From: Squalus acanthias
Taxonomy: Eukaryota
Direction of reading: 5' to 3'
DNA length: 64,000 bases
Assembly (NCBI GenBank): GCA_030390025.1
Contig: CM059432.1
Span: 57,972,001 to 58,036,000, forward strand
Shown here piece after piece: positions 36,200 through 48,562 of this stretch (positions within the stretch are counted from its first letter, which is position 1; each line of letters opens with the position of its first letter). Both the position numbers and the translations under genes were made by a program. The notes below the pieces were generated by a model. It did no database searches. It saw only the letters and a list, made by a program, of their open reading frames with translations, and was not told the DNA's origin.

Positions 36200-39100
36200 C
36201 CTTCTTCTTCTTAGGCAGTCCCTCGGAACCGAGGATGACTTGCTTCCACATTAAAAATGAGTTTGCAGGTGACTAATGAGTCCAATGCGGGACCTACAGT
36301 CTCTGTCACAGGTGGGGCAGACTGTGGTTGAAGGGGCGGGTGGGTGGGGTGCTTGGGTTGACGTGCGCTCCTTGCGCTGTCTGCGCTTGGCTTCCGCTTG
36401 CTCCCGGCGAAGAGACTCGAGGTGTTTGGCGCCTTCCCGGATGCTTCTCCTCCACTTTGTGCGGTCTTGGGCCAGGGATTCCCAGGTGTCAGTGGGGATG
36501 TTACACTTTTTCAAGGAGGCTTTGAGGGTGTCCTTGAAGCGTTTCCTCTGCCCACCTGTGGCTCTCTTGCCGTGCTGGAGCTCCGAGTAGAGCGCTTGTT
36601 TTGGGAGTCTCGTATCGGGCATGCGGACAATGTGACCCGTCCATCGGAGCTGATCGAGCGTGGTCAAAGCTTCGATGCTGGGGATGTTGGCCTGAGCGAG
36701 AACACTGACGTTGGTGCGCCTATCCTGCCAATGGATTTGCAGAATCTTGCGGAGGCAGCGTTGGTGGTACCTCTCCAGTGCTTTGAGGTGCCTGCTGTAC
36801 ATGGTCCTTGTCTCTGAGGCATACAGCAGGGCGAGTATCACTGCTGCTCTGCAGACCATGAGCTTAGTGCCGGGTTTGAGGTCCTGGTCTTCAAACACTC
36901 TCTTCCTCAGGCGACCGAAGGCTGCACTGGCACACTGAAGGCTGTGTTGGACTTCGTCATCGATGTCTGCCCTTGTTGATAGTAGGCTCCCGAGGTATGG
37001 AAAGTGGTCCACGTTGTCCAAGGCCTTGTCATGGATTTTGATAATCGGGGGGCAGTACTGTGTGGCGGGGGCAGGTTGGTAGAGGACCTTTGTCTTACGG
37101 ATGTTTAGTGTAAGGCCCATGCTCTCGTACGCTTCGGTGAAGGTGTTGATGATGGTTTGGAGTTCGACCACCGAGTGAGCGCAGACGCAAGCGTCGTCTG
37201 CATACTGTAATTCGACGACAGAGGATGGGACGACCTTGGATCTGGACTGGAGGCGACGGAGGTTGAACAGTTTCCCGTTTGTTCTGTAAACTAGCTCCAC
37301 TCCAGTGGGGAGCTGACTGAGGGTGAGATGGAGCATTGCAGCAAGGAAGATCGAGAAGAGCATTGGTGCGATGACACAGCCTTGCTTGACCCCGGTTCAT
37401 ACATGAATTGGGTCTGTGGTGGAACTGTTAGTCAGGATCACGACTTGCATGTTGTCGTGAAGCAGGCGGAGGATGGTGACAAACTTTTGAGGGCAGCCGA
37501 ATTTGAGGAGGACACTCCATAATCCCTCACGGTTGACAGTGTCGAAGGCCTTTGTGAGATCAAAGAAGGCCATGTACAGCGGTTGGTGCTGTTCCCTGCA
37601 TTTCTCTCGTAATTGACGTGCGGTGAAGATCATGTCCATTGTGCCCCTTAGTGGGCGGAATCCGCATTGCGACTCTGGGAGGAGCTCTTCGGCCACTGGG
37701 AGAAGGCGATTGAGGAGGATTCTTGCGATGACTTTCCTGTGGCAGACAGCAGGGAAACTCCTCTGTAATTACTGCAATCGGACTTGTCACCTTTCTTGAA
37801 GATGGTCACAATTACGGCATCTCTGAGATCCCCTGGCATGCTCTCCTCCTTCCAGATAAGAGAAATGAGTTCATGAATTCATGCCAGTAGTGCTTCTCCA
37901 CCATGCTTTAGTGCCTCGGCGGGGAGTCCATCTGCTCCTGAGGCCTTGTTGTTCTTGAGTTGTCGGATGGCCTTTTCAACCTCATGCCGGGCTGGGGTTG
38001 TGCTGAGATGGTGGCGGGTAGCATGCTGCGGAATGGAGTTGAGGACACTCGCGTTGAAGACAGAGTCTCGGTTAAGGAGATCTTCGAAGTGTTCCTTCCA
38101 GCGGGCACTGACTGCCTCTCTGTCCTTGATGAGTACCTCTCCGTTCTTGGCCCGCAGTGGGGTAGGACCTTGGGTGCTTGGGCCGTAGGTGGTCTTGACT
38201 GCGTTAAAGAATCCACGCACGTCGTGGTTGTCGGCTAGCTGCTGGATCTCCTGCGCTTTCTCCACCCACCATCTGTTCTTTAGGTCGCGAGCTTTTTGTT
38301 GGACCTCGGCCTTCAGGCGTCTGTAGAGCTGCTTTCTTGCTCTCGCGTTCTGTTGCTGTTTCCAGATCAGGAATGCCTTGCACTTGCATCTTATTAGCTC
38401 CTGGATCTCCTGGTCGTTCTCGTCGAACCAGTCTTGGTGTTTCCTGGTCGAGTGACCGAGCGTCTCTTCACAGGTGCTGATTATGGAGGCCTTGAGTGCA
38501 GACCAGGTGCTGTGGGCACTCTGTGTCTCTGCATCACTGGGAGTAGTCAGGTTGTTTGTGAGGCACAGGCTGAATAGGGCCTTCTTAGCGGGGTCTTTGA
38601 GTGCTCCAGCGTTGATTTTCCTGCGGCATTGTTTCTGTTGCCGCCGCTGTTTTGGGGCTACATTGATGGAGATGACAGAGCAGATTAGGCGGTGGTCTGT
38701 CCAGCAGTCGTCAGCTCCTGTCATGGAGCAGGTCCTTGCGGTCCCTCGCACCGATGATGACGTAGTCCAGCAGATGCCAGTGCTTGGAGCGAGGGTGTTG
38801 CCATGAAGCCTTGTACTTGTCTCTCTGATGGAACAAGGTGTTAGTTATGACAAGGCCATGTTCTAAGCATTTCGACAGGAGGAGGGTACCGTTGGAGTTG
38901 GCTTTCCCTACCCCCTCTCTGCTGATCACACCTCCCCAGAGGTCTGTGTCCTTTCCAACTCTGGCGTTAAAGTCACCAAGGAGGATCAGCTTGTCGCCTG
39001 TTGGGACTCGGGACAGGGATTGTTCGAGGCTGGAGTAGAATTCCTCTTTGGTCTCGTCTGTGGCTTCCAGTGTTGGGGCGTACGCACTGATGACTGTAGC

Positions 39101-39246
39101 GCACTGGTTCCGGGCTAGGGTGAGCCGAAGAGTCATGAGGCGCTCGTTTATACCGCAAGGGGAGTCTCTGAGACGCCCAACTAGTTCATTTTTTATGGCG
39201 AAGCCTACCCCATGGAGGCGGCGTTCTTCTTCAGGTTTGCCTTTCC
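36200..39246 (-). mobile_element. RTE-clade LINE, near full length, frameshifted
   Basis: APE (ISAYAPT, LLGDFNARVG, WTDHRL), RT (LPESQCGFRP, FFDLTKAFDTVNR, LQYADD), C-terminal CPTCDRDCRSRIGLISH, (AAG)n tail; ATGTT TSD. Confidence 0.93.
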
Positions 39247-42200
39247 GTTAGCTGATGTTAGCTGATATTGTTAACGGTTCTCTCTCAGGTACTGTCCCCC
39301 TCTCCTTCAAATCTGCAGTCATCACCCCTCTCCTCAAAAAACCAACCCTTGACCCCTCCGTCCTTGCAAACTACTGCCCCAGTTCCAACCTCCCTTTCCT
39401 CTCCAAATTCCTTGAACGTGTTGTCACCTCCCAAATTCAAGCCCATCTTTCCCGGAACTCCATGTCTGAATCCCTCTAATCAGATTTCCGCCCTGACACA
39501 GTATCGAAACGGCTCTTATTAAAGTCACAAATGATATCCCATGTTACTGTGACAAAGGTAAATTATCCCTCTTCATCCTTCTCGACCTGTCTGTAGCCTT
39601 TGATAAGGTTGACCACTTCATCCTCCTCCAACGCCTCTCCACCATCGTCCAACTGGATGGGACTGCGCTCGCCTGGTTCCATTCTTATCTATCTAATCGC
39701 AGCCAGAGAATCACCTGCAATGGCTTCTCTTCTCCGCTCCTGCATCGTTACCTTTGGTGTCCCTCAATGATCTACCCTTGGCCTCCTCGCATTTCTCATC
39801 TAAATGTTGCCCCTTGATGACATCATCTGAAAACACAACAGCCAATTTCCACATGTAGCTGACGACACCCAGCTCTACCTCACCACCACTTCTCTCGACC
39901 CCTTCACTGTCTCTAAATTGTCAGACTGGTTGTCCGACATCCAGTACTGGATGAGCAGAAATTTCCTCCAATTAAATAATGGGAAGACCAAGCCATTGTC
40001 TTCGGTCCCCACCACAAACTCCATTCACTAGCCACCAACTCCATCCCTCTCCTTAGCAACTGTCTGAAGCTGAACCAGACTGTTCGCAACCTTGGTGTCA
40101 TATCTGACTCTGAAAGAAACTTCTGACCACATATCCACGCCATAACTAAGACCGCCTATTTCCACCTCCGAAATATTGCCCATCTCCGCCCCTGCCTCAG
40201 CTCATCTGCTGCTGAAACCCTCATCCATGCCTTTGTTATCTCTAGACTTGCCTATTCCAATGAACTCCTGGCTGGCCTCCCACGTTCTACCCTATGTAAA
40301 CTCATCCAAAACTCGGCTGCCCATGTCCTGACTCGCACCTAATCCGGATCACCCATTACCCCTGTGCTCCCGGTTAAGCAACGCCTCGATTTTAAAATTC
40401 TCATCCTTGTTTTCAAATCCCTCCATGGCCTCGCCCTATTTCTGTAACGTCCTCCAGCCCCACAGCCCCCCGAGATATCCGTGCTCCTCTAATTCTGGCC
40501 TCTTGCGCATACCTGATTTAATCATTCAACCATCGGTGGCCGTGCCTCCTGTTGCCTCGGCCCTAAGCTCTGGAATTCCCTCCTAAACCTCTCCGCCTCT
40601 CTACCTCGCTTTCCTCCTTTAAGACGCTCCTTAAAAACTACCTCTTTGACCAAGCTTTTGGTCACCTGCCCTAATCTCTCCTTATGTGGCTCAGTGTCAA
40701 ATTTTGTTTTATGACACTCCTGTGAAGCGCCTTCGGATGTTTTACTATGTTAAAGGTGCTATATAAATATAAGTTGTTGATGTTGTAATAGGATTTAAGC
40801 AAGTGCAGAGGCAGGGAAATAGGGGGGGGGTGGGGGGTGGTGGAGGAAAGATCAAAAGGGAAGGCCTGTTAAAGGGTGGAAGGGAGGAGAGAATAAATGA
40901 CAAGAGGTATGATTGTCCATGGCAAAAGGAGATGGTAATGGGATAAGTAAAGAAACAAAAGATGGGTCTAGAAGAGGTGTAAGTGGGAATATTAGAATCA
41001 TCAGCAACAGCTGCCGTCTGAAAAAATGGGGGCAGAGGTTATGGTCTGAAATTGTTGAACTCAATGTCCAGAAGGCTGTAAAGTGCCTAATCGAAAGATG
41101 AGGTGCTGTTCCTCGAGCTTACATTGAGCTTACATTGGAACAGTGTCGGAGACCAAGGACTGAAAGGTCAGAGTGCGAGTGGAGCGGAGAATTAAAGTGA
41201 CAGGCAACCGGAAGCTCGGGGTCACACTTGTGGACTGAACAGAGGTGTGGTCACCCAATCTGTGTTTGGTCTCCCCAATCATGAGGAGCAAATACAGTAT
41301 ACTAAATTGAAAGAAGTACAAGTAAATCGCTGTTTCATCTGGAAGAAGTGTTTGGGGCCCTGGACGGTGGGAAGGGAGGAGGTAAATGGGCAGGTGTTGC
41401 ATCTCCTGCGCTTGCACGGGAAGGTGCCATGGGAAGGGGAGGGGTTGTTGGGAGTGACTGAGGAGTGGACCACAGTGTGGCGGAGGGAACGGTCCCTTCG
41501 GAATGCTGAAAGGGGAGGGGAGGGGAAGATGTGTTTGGTGGTGGGATCATGCTGAAGGTGGTGGAAATGGTGGAGGATGATCCGTTGAATGTGGAGGCTG
41601 GTGGAGTGGAAGGCAAGGACAAGTGGAACCCTATCGTGGTTCTGGGAGGAAGGGGAAGGGGTGAGAGCAGAATGGACACGGTCGCTGGTCCTGTCAACTA
41701 CGGTAGAGGGGAATCCTCGGTTGAGGAAAAAGGAAGACATACTGGAAGCACTAGTATGGAAGGTGGCATCGTCAGAACAGATGCGACGGAGATGGAGAAA
41801 CTGGGAGAATGGAATAGAGTCCTTACAGGAAACAGGGTGGGAGGAAGTGTAGTCATGGTAGCTGTGGGAGTCAGTGAGCTTAGAGTGGATGTTGGTCGAT
41901 AGCCTATCCCCTGAAATGGAGGCAGAGAAGTCGAGGAAAGGAAGGTAAGAGTTGGAGATGGACCATGTGAAGGTGAGGGAAGGGTGGAAATTGGAAGCAA
42001 AGTGAATGAAATTTTCCAGTTCAGGGCAAGAGCAGGAAACGGCACGGTTACAGTCATCAATGTACCGGAAAAGGAGATGAGGAATGGGGACCTGAGTAGG
42101 ACTGAAACAAAGAATGTTCCACATATCCCATGAAAAGGCAAGCATAGCTAGGACCCATGTGGGTTCCCATAGCAACACGCTTTATTTGGAAGAAGGGAGT

Positions 42201-43309
42201 AAAGTCAAAGGAGAAGTTGTTCAATGTGAGAACAACTTCAGCCAGGCGGAGGAGGGTGGTGGTGGATGGGGACTGATTGGGCCTCTGTTCAAGGAAGAAG
42301 CGGAGCGCCCTCAGGCCATCCGGGATAGAGGTGCAGAGGGATTGGACGTCCATGGTGAAAAGGAGATGGTTAGGGCCAGGAAACTGGAAACTGTTAAAAG
42401 TGACAGAGGGCGTTGGAAGAGTCGCGGATGCAGGTGGGAAGAAACTGGACAAGGGAGAAAAAAGAGTTGAGATAGGAAGAAATCTGTTCCGTGGGGCAAG
42501 AACAGGCTGAAAAGATGGGTCTACCAGAGCAGTCCTGTTTGTGGATCTTGGGACGGAGGCTTTGCAGGGGTTGGGTCGACTATGAGGTTGGAGGCCATGG
42601 AGGGAAGATCTCCAGAGGAGATGAGGTCAGTGACAGTCTTGAAAATGATAGCTTGATGTTTGGTAGTGGGGTCATGTTCCAGGGGGAGGTAGGAGGAGGT
42701 GTCAGAGAGTTGGCATTCAGCCTCCGCAAGGTAGAGGTTGGTTCGCCAAACAACAACAACGCACACTTGTCAGCAGGTTTGAAGACAATGTTAGGGTTGG
42801 ATCTGAGAGAACGGAGTGCTGCAAGTTCAGAGGGAGATAAGTTGGAGTGAGTAAAGGGAGCAAGAAATTGAGATGGCCGATGTCAAGCCAGCAGTTCACA
42901 ATGAAAAGATCTAGAGAGGGTAAGCCCACTGACTCCCACAGCTACCTTGACTACACTTCCTCCCACCCTGCTTCCTGTAAGGACTCTATTCTATTCTCCC
43001 AGTTTCTCCGTCTCCGTCGCATCTGTTCTGATGATGCCACTTTCCATACTAATGCTTCCGATATGTCTTCCTTTTTCCTCAAGATTTCTAAATAACTTCT
43101 GAGTAAGAATGTTTGCAACTCTACAACCAGCACTATTTAGAGTGATCACAGTCCAGCATGGCTAGTTATGATGTTCCATTAGATGCAAACTCATGCCAAT
43201 AATGTTTTTGTCATTAAGGGTTGTGATGGTGGATAAATGTCTCAAAGAGACCTGTACTGCAGATTAACCTGTGCCAAATCCTGATGGAACTACAGCTGGC
43301 TTGGAAGCA

Positions 43310-44494
43310 GTTACTAGGGAAGTTACATCAGAAGTCCTAACCACTAAAATTGCTGTTATTTCCCCGGAGCACAAGATAGGGAAGGCACTGGATTTTTGTG
43401 ATCTCATTGTTACACAGAGAAAGAAGTTTGAATTTGCTTCCCATCTGATAAAATAGAAACAAGCCAGTGCTGTGGGAACATAGGAACAGAAGTAGGCTAT
43501 TTTGCCCATTGAGCCTGCTCCACCAATTTTTTCCCTCAGTTTTCTGTCTGTTTCCACCGGGCCTTTGCTGGTCTTTCTCCAGAGTTATGGAGAGAAACTG
43601 ACGGAATCTTTGGAGATTTTTCATTTCAATTACCTGCCCCGTCTCCATATGCCTTAACAGATTTCAGTGATGATTTCATGAAATAGAGCTCCCAGTAGGG
43701 AGTCATGCCTGTTAGGAGTGTATATTCAGAATTTTGGCATGTAGTCTCCATGATTTTCCAGCTTTTATTTAAAAAAACCCATGGGTTACAAAGACTGCTT
43801 TGAAGAATTTTGCCACTGGGGGCCAAGCAAATGGAAGGGCATAAATGCAGAGTGGTCCTACGACAAAGAGAGGGTACCCAGGCGAACATTGTCTTTTTTA
43901 CATTTGGCCTCCTTTCACTGCCCGGTATTAATGGGCACTGAACGTCTGGAGTGCTGCTCAGGTACTCAAGTCACATCCAGTCACCCTTTCTTAAATAGTT
44001 TGCGGGGTCAGTGGGAGGGCACCTAATTTGTATCGGGCAGGCGAATGGAAACGCCACTACGTGCACATCTCTGCTTTCACCTTCCCCATGCAGCTGGAAA
44101 ATTTGATGTCGAAGCCACAAGGGAAGGCTTGCCAGCCTTCACCCCACCCCCCGACCGAGCCATGGCCCCATGGCTCCCTTAGTAAGGGAGTTACTAGGGA
44201 AGTCACTTCTGAAGTCCTAATCACTAAAACTGCTGTTTTTTTTCCCTGGAACACAACAAGATAAAGAAGATACTGGATTTTTGTAATCTCACTGCTGCAG
44301 AGAAAGATGTTTGAATTTCCTTCCTACCTGATGGAATAGAAACAAGCCAGTGTTGTGGGAACATAGGTAGGCTATTTTGCCCATCAAGGTTGCTCCACCA
44401 TTTTTTTCCTCTGTTCTCTGCTGGTTTCTGCTGGGCCTTTGCTGGTCTTTCCCCAGAGTTACAGAGGGCAACTGGCAGAACATTTGGGGATTTT
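43310..44494 (+). repeat. Pair of diverged direct repeats of about 305 bp (43310-43620 and 44190-44494)
   Basis: Both begin gttactagggaagt.ac.tc.gaagtcctaa.cactaaaa and align through gggcctttgctggtcttt...ccagagtta...gatttt. Confidence 0.85.
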
Positions 44495-45389
44495 AGGGGC
44501 TAGTGTGTGTGAGGCCCTAATGCGCTAGATGCTTCCCACCCACATTGTAGTAAGCTGAGCTTACCAGGTGTGATGTAGGCCTCAGGCATCCATGCCTGAT
44601 AATATAGGGCTTTAATGCTTGAAGTACCACAGCACCTCAGGGGCAGCGAGTTACCCCTGTTTCCACATGTATGGGGCAGGCAGGAACCAGAGATGTGCCC
44701 CAAGCAGCACTTGCTCCTGCTGGCCCCACGCAAATGTGGTACCCTTGCACTGACCTTGCAAACACTGGTGGGGGTTAAGGTCAGAGGGCGCTCATGGGCA
44801 TGATCCTAGAGCAACCGTCATGACCACCACCCATGACATTTTGGGGCCGCTCTGTTCAGCACAGTTTACATTGCAGTTCAGTGTAATTGATACAACAGTT
44901 TGTTGTTTTTTATTTTACGAAGAGGGATAGATAAGCCTGTATCCACAGTCTGTCATCGCTTTTGTTCACATCCATTTATTATTTAGTAAATCTGCTTGCA
45001 GTTTTTAGCCTAAGCCACAGTCTGGCAAAGTGTTTACTCAACCACTTTCCAAAGTCAAGGAAAATCATGTGAGGGCACATGATATAACCAGCTGCTGAAA
45101 TATAATGACAATGATTTTCTGTTTTACCCTTGAAATCACTACAAATTACTTAGATATTGAGCAGAAAAAAGCACTCTGGGTCAATGAAGACTCAGCTACA
45201 GGAATGGTCTGAGATGCTGAATCTGAGAAAAATATCGAGAGCAAAAGTACAGAAACATAACACCACTCTCTTCATTAACGGAAAGAGGTTCCGTTACATG
45301 AATATGCAGCAGGCCTGTGCCAAATCTTGCATTTGAATGCCCACCACCCACACAGTTGCCATGATTCACTTTATGCCAGTCCATGGCAC

Positions 45390-45510
45390 CACTAATATTT
45401 CAGGTACAGGACCGCCCACTTTCTCTCCACCACTAAAACCACTGCCTCCAAAGCTTCATTGGAAAACCTCCGGGCTCTCTCCCTGGGGCGGCGATCTGCC
45501 ATCAGGAATT
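45390..45510 (-). mobile_element. Harbinger Myb-like gene remnant
   Basis: MADRRPRERARRFSNEALEAVVLVVERKWAVLY resembles the N-terminus of Harbinger Myb/SANT proteins. Confidence 0.4.
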
Positions 45511-45681
45511 GTAAATAAGTGCTCCTTCTCCTTGTCCTTCTTCTTATGGTTGTTGAGGCAGCTACACACCCAACAATGCTGAGAATGAGGTACTGCAGCA
45601 TCAATTAACCTTCCCTTTAGGTAGTGAAAAAAGCCCATGGCAATCATTACTTGAGTTTAGACTACACCCGATATTGGTCCA

Positions 45682-46872
45682 TCTTTTCAGTGTACTCTTT
45701 TGATGGGTACCAAAACAAATATCTGTAAATCAGTAAAACTTCAAAGGAAACTTAACAAATCAAATTAAAATTTGGTAGTCCGGGGTGACGATGCACTCCA
45801 GTCCCCGCGGCGCCCACCGGTCGCGGAAAAACTCAAGCGTGCCGGCGGACACCGCGTGCTCCATCTCCAGGGCCACCCGGGTGCGAACATGGCCGCGGAA
45901 GAGAGGCAGGCAATCGGGCTGAACGACCCCCTCGACCGCCCGCTGCCTGGACCAATTAATGGCCTTCTTGGCCAGGCCCAGGAGCAGTCCCACGAGGTGG
46001 TCCTCCGACCTGCCCGCTCCCCTCCGCACCGGATGACCGTAGATCAGGAGCGTGGGGCTGAAGTGCAACCAGAAATTGAGGAGCAGCCCCTTCAAGTAAT
46101 GAAAGAGGGGCTGCAACCTCTCACACTCTACGTATATGTGAAAAACGGACTCCTCCAGGCCGCAGAAATGACAAGCAGCCTGGGAGTCCGTGAACCTATT
46201 TAACATCCTATTGCACGGGACTGCTCCGTGCAACACCCTCCAGGCCAAGTCCCCAATAGAATAAGGGGTCTTTTCAGTGTACTCTTTTTTGGTTGGACAG
46301 AACCCAAATTAACTGTAAATCAATTAAAACTTTAAATGAAACTTAATAAATCAAATTAAAATTTGGTTGCCCGGGGTGACGATGCACTCCAGTCCCCGCG
46401 GCGCCCACCGGTCGCGAAAAAACTCAAGCGTGCCGGCGGACACCGCGTGCTCCATCTCCAGGGCCACCCGGGCGCGAACATGGCCGCGGAAGAGAGGCAG
46501 GCAATCGGGCCGAACGACCCCATCGACCGCCCACTGCCTGGACCAATTAATGGCCTTCTTGGCCAGGCCCAGGAGCAGTCCTACAAGGAGGTCCTCCAAC
46601 CTGCCCGCTCCCCTCCGCACCGGGTGATCGTAGATCAGGAGCGTGGGGCTGAAGTGCAACCAGAAATTGAGGAGCAGCCCCTTCAAATAATGAAAGAGGG
46701 ACTGCAACCTCTCACACTCCGTATAAATGTGAAACACGGACTCCTCCAGGCTGCAGAAATGGCAAGCAGCCTGGGAGTCCGTGAACCTATTTAAAACCCT
46801 GTTGCACGGGACTGCTCCGTGCAACACCCTCCAGGCCAAGTCCCCAATAGAATAAGGGGTCTTTTCAGTGTA
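45682..46872 (-). mobile_element. Two tandem 5'-truncated L1/Tx1-clade LINE 3' ends (period about 590 bp)
   Basis: Each encodes WRVLHGAVPCN...CHFC.LEESVFHIY.EC (zf-RVT CCHC motif); TCTTTTCAGTGTA occurs three times (left, middle, right). Confidence 0.9.
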
Positions 46873-47302
46873 ACACCAGCTTGGATTTTTAGACTAGAAT
46901 CATGACTGCAATCATTTTAATGAGGAGTGAGGACAAATTTTGCGTGCAGTCTTGACGATTTTCACCTGGCCCTACTTAACCATTTTTAGTCTAAACACTG
47001 CCCATTCATTGGCTTTAACGAATTTCTAGCCCAATAACAAGTGGAAATCTTTATGGGGTTCAGCCACACATCGAAACAGTTGTCCCTAGAGACCCTGTTT
47101 GCAAAGCCGATTGTCCCATGCTGCGATTTTCTAGTCACAAGGAAAGTAACAAAGGTTTTTGACATTTAAAACAAGATCACCGTAGTGCTAAAATGTTCTA
47201 CCAATCAGTGCAATGTCTTCCTTTCAAAACACAAGAATTTAACTATCTTCTTAGTGAATATTTATAATGAACCTACAGACTGAACCTTACCTATGCCTCT
47301 AA

Positions 47303-48517
47303 CAGAGTGGTTCTCAAACTGGGGTCCACAGACCCCTGGGGGTCCGTAGAGACTTTCCAGGGGGTCCGCGAATTAATGTGAAAGTTACTTTTTTTCATTG
47401 ATAACATCTTTCAGTGAGTTGCATTTTGTGACGATATCTTCTTCCTTTCTGCGATAAATATACATTTGTATTCTCCTTTACTCCGTTGACGTCTTTGCCT
47501 TTGAGAACGACCATGCGGTTGCTCAGTAAAGTCATCCCCAGGCTCCAGCGCGGGATCCTGGCGGGGTCTGGCTGCGGCAGTCGGGTAGAGGCAGCCAGCC
47601 GGAGGAGGAGCGTGGCGGGTCAAGCCGCTGCTCAGCCTCTTTCGGGACCCGATGGAGCAGCAGAAGGCGGCTCGCGGTTGCTGCAGCCAGGCCCCCGACG
47701 CTGCAAGACGCCGAGCGGAGAGTGAGAGTCCGCGACTCGAGCTGCGGGCGCCATGTGTCAGCCTCACTGAAGAAACAAAAGGAGAGTTGGATCCCGGTAC
47801 AGTCGGTACACTCCCTGGTCGAGCCAGTGCACGATCCCCTCCCAGGCTGGATCCCAGCCCCCACAGATACTCTGAAGCGATATAAATCAGTTTAAATATA
47901 TTTTAATCTTGTGAAAAACCAATGTAGAATTCCCAGTGAGAAAACTTCAATTAAACCCAAGTTACAGGTGGGAAAGTATCAGCACTCAATGCATTTTCTT
48001 ACAATGCACCTTTCATGACTGATGGCTTGACAAGTACTTCCATTATCATAGAATCATAGAATGATACAGCACAGAAGAAGGCCGTTCGGCCCATCTTGCC
48101 TGTGCTGGCACTTTGGTAGAGCTATTCAACTAGTCCCAGTCCCCCACTCTTTCCCCATAGCCCTGCAAATGTTTTCCCTTCAAGTATTTATCCAATTCAT
48201 ATTGAAAGTTACAATTGAATCTGCTTCCACCACCCTTTCAGGCAGTATATTTCAGATTACAACAACTTGCTGTGTAAAAAAAAATGTTTCCCCATGTCGC
48301 CTCTGGTTCTTTTGCCAATTAGTACCCAGAATTGATGAAAGAAGCAATGAAAGTGTTGCTACCTTTCCCAACAACATCATTTTTTGCTATGGCTGCAATG
48401 AAGACAAAGTACAGGTCCCGTCTGGAAGTGGAGAATGATTTATGAATGTCATTGTCAAACACCACACCAAGGATAGACAGACACTGCAGTGAGAAGCAGG
48501 CACATCCATCTCACTGA
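47303..48517 (+). mobile_element. hAT (Charlie/Buster-type) remnant: left end plus transposase C-terminus, interrupted by a CR1 3' end at about 48046-48320
   Basis: Left end CAGAGTGGTTCTCAAACTGGGGTCC. Hand translation of 48323-48517 gives YPELMKEAMKVLLPFPTT..AMKTKYRSRLEVENDL*MSLSNTTPRIDRHCSEKQAHPSH*, the hAT dimerisation-domain tail. Confidence 0.75.
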
Positions 48518-48562
48518 TATCTGAGTAAATACCTGTTTTCTTAAAAGCATTATTAAAAAATC

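Larger units (their letters stand above)
33965..40785 (+). mobile_element. L2 LINE in three pieces (about 33965-34081, 36121-36199, 39255-40785) inserted into the Penelope
   Basis: AVITPLLKKPTLDPSVLANYCPSSNLPFLSK, LLDLSVAFD and ADDTQLY motifs; 3' end ggtgctatataaatataagttgttg. Confidence 0.85.
33852..43080 (-). mobile_element. Penelope-like element (RT + GIY-YIG, decayed): 3' end at 33852-33964, body about 40786-42920, inverted 5' fragment 42925-43080
   Basis: TMDVQSLCTSIP, RVAMGTHMGPSYACLFMG, FRYIDD, SIPFSQFLHLRRICSDD, CKRRRCNTCPF, FTCTSFNLVYCIC. 42925-43080 is an inverted copy of about 41725-41885, a Penelope hallmark. Confidence 0.88.

Noticed and set aside
36276..39251. Numerous plus-strand ORFs over the RTE, and similar antisense ORFs over CR1, Penelope and Tx1
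   Set aside because: Antisense shadows of GC-rich TE coding sequence.
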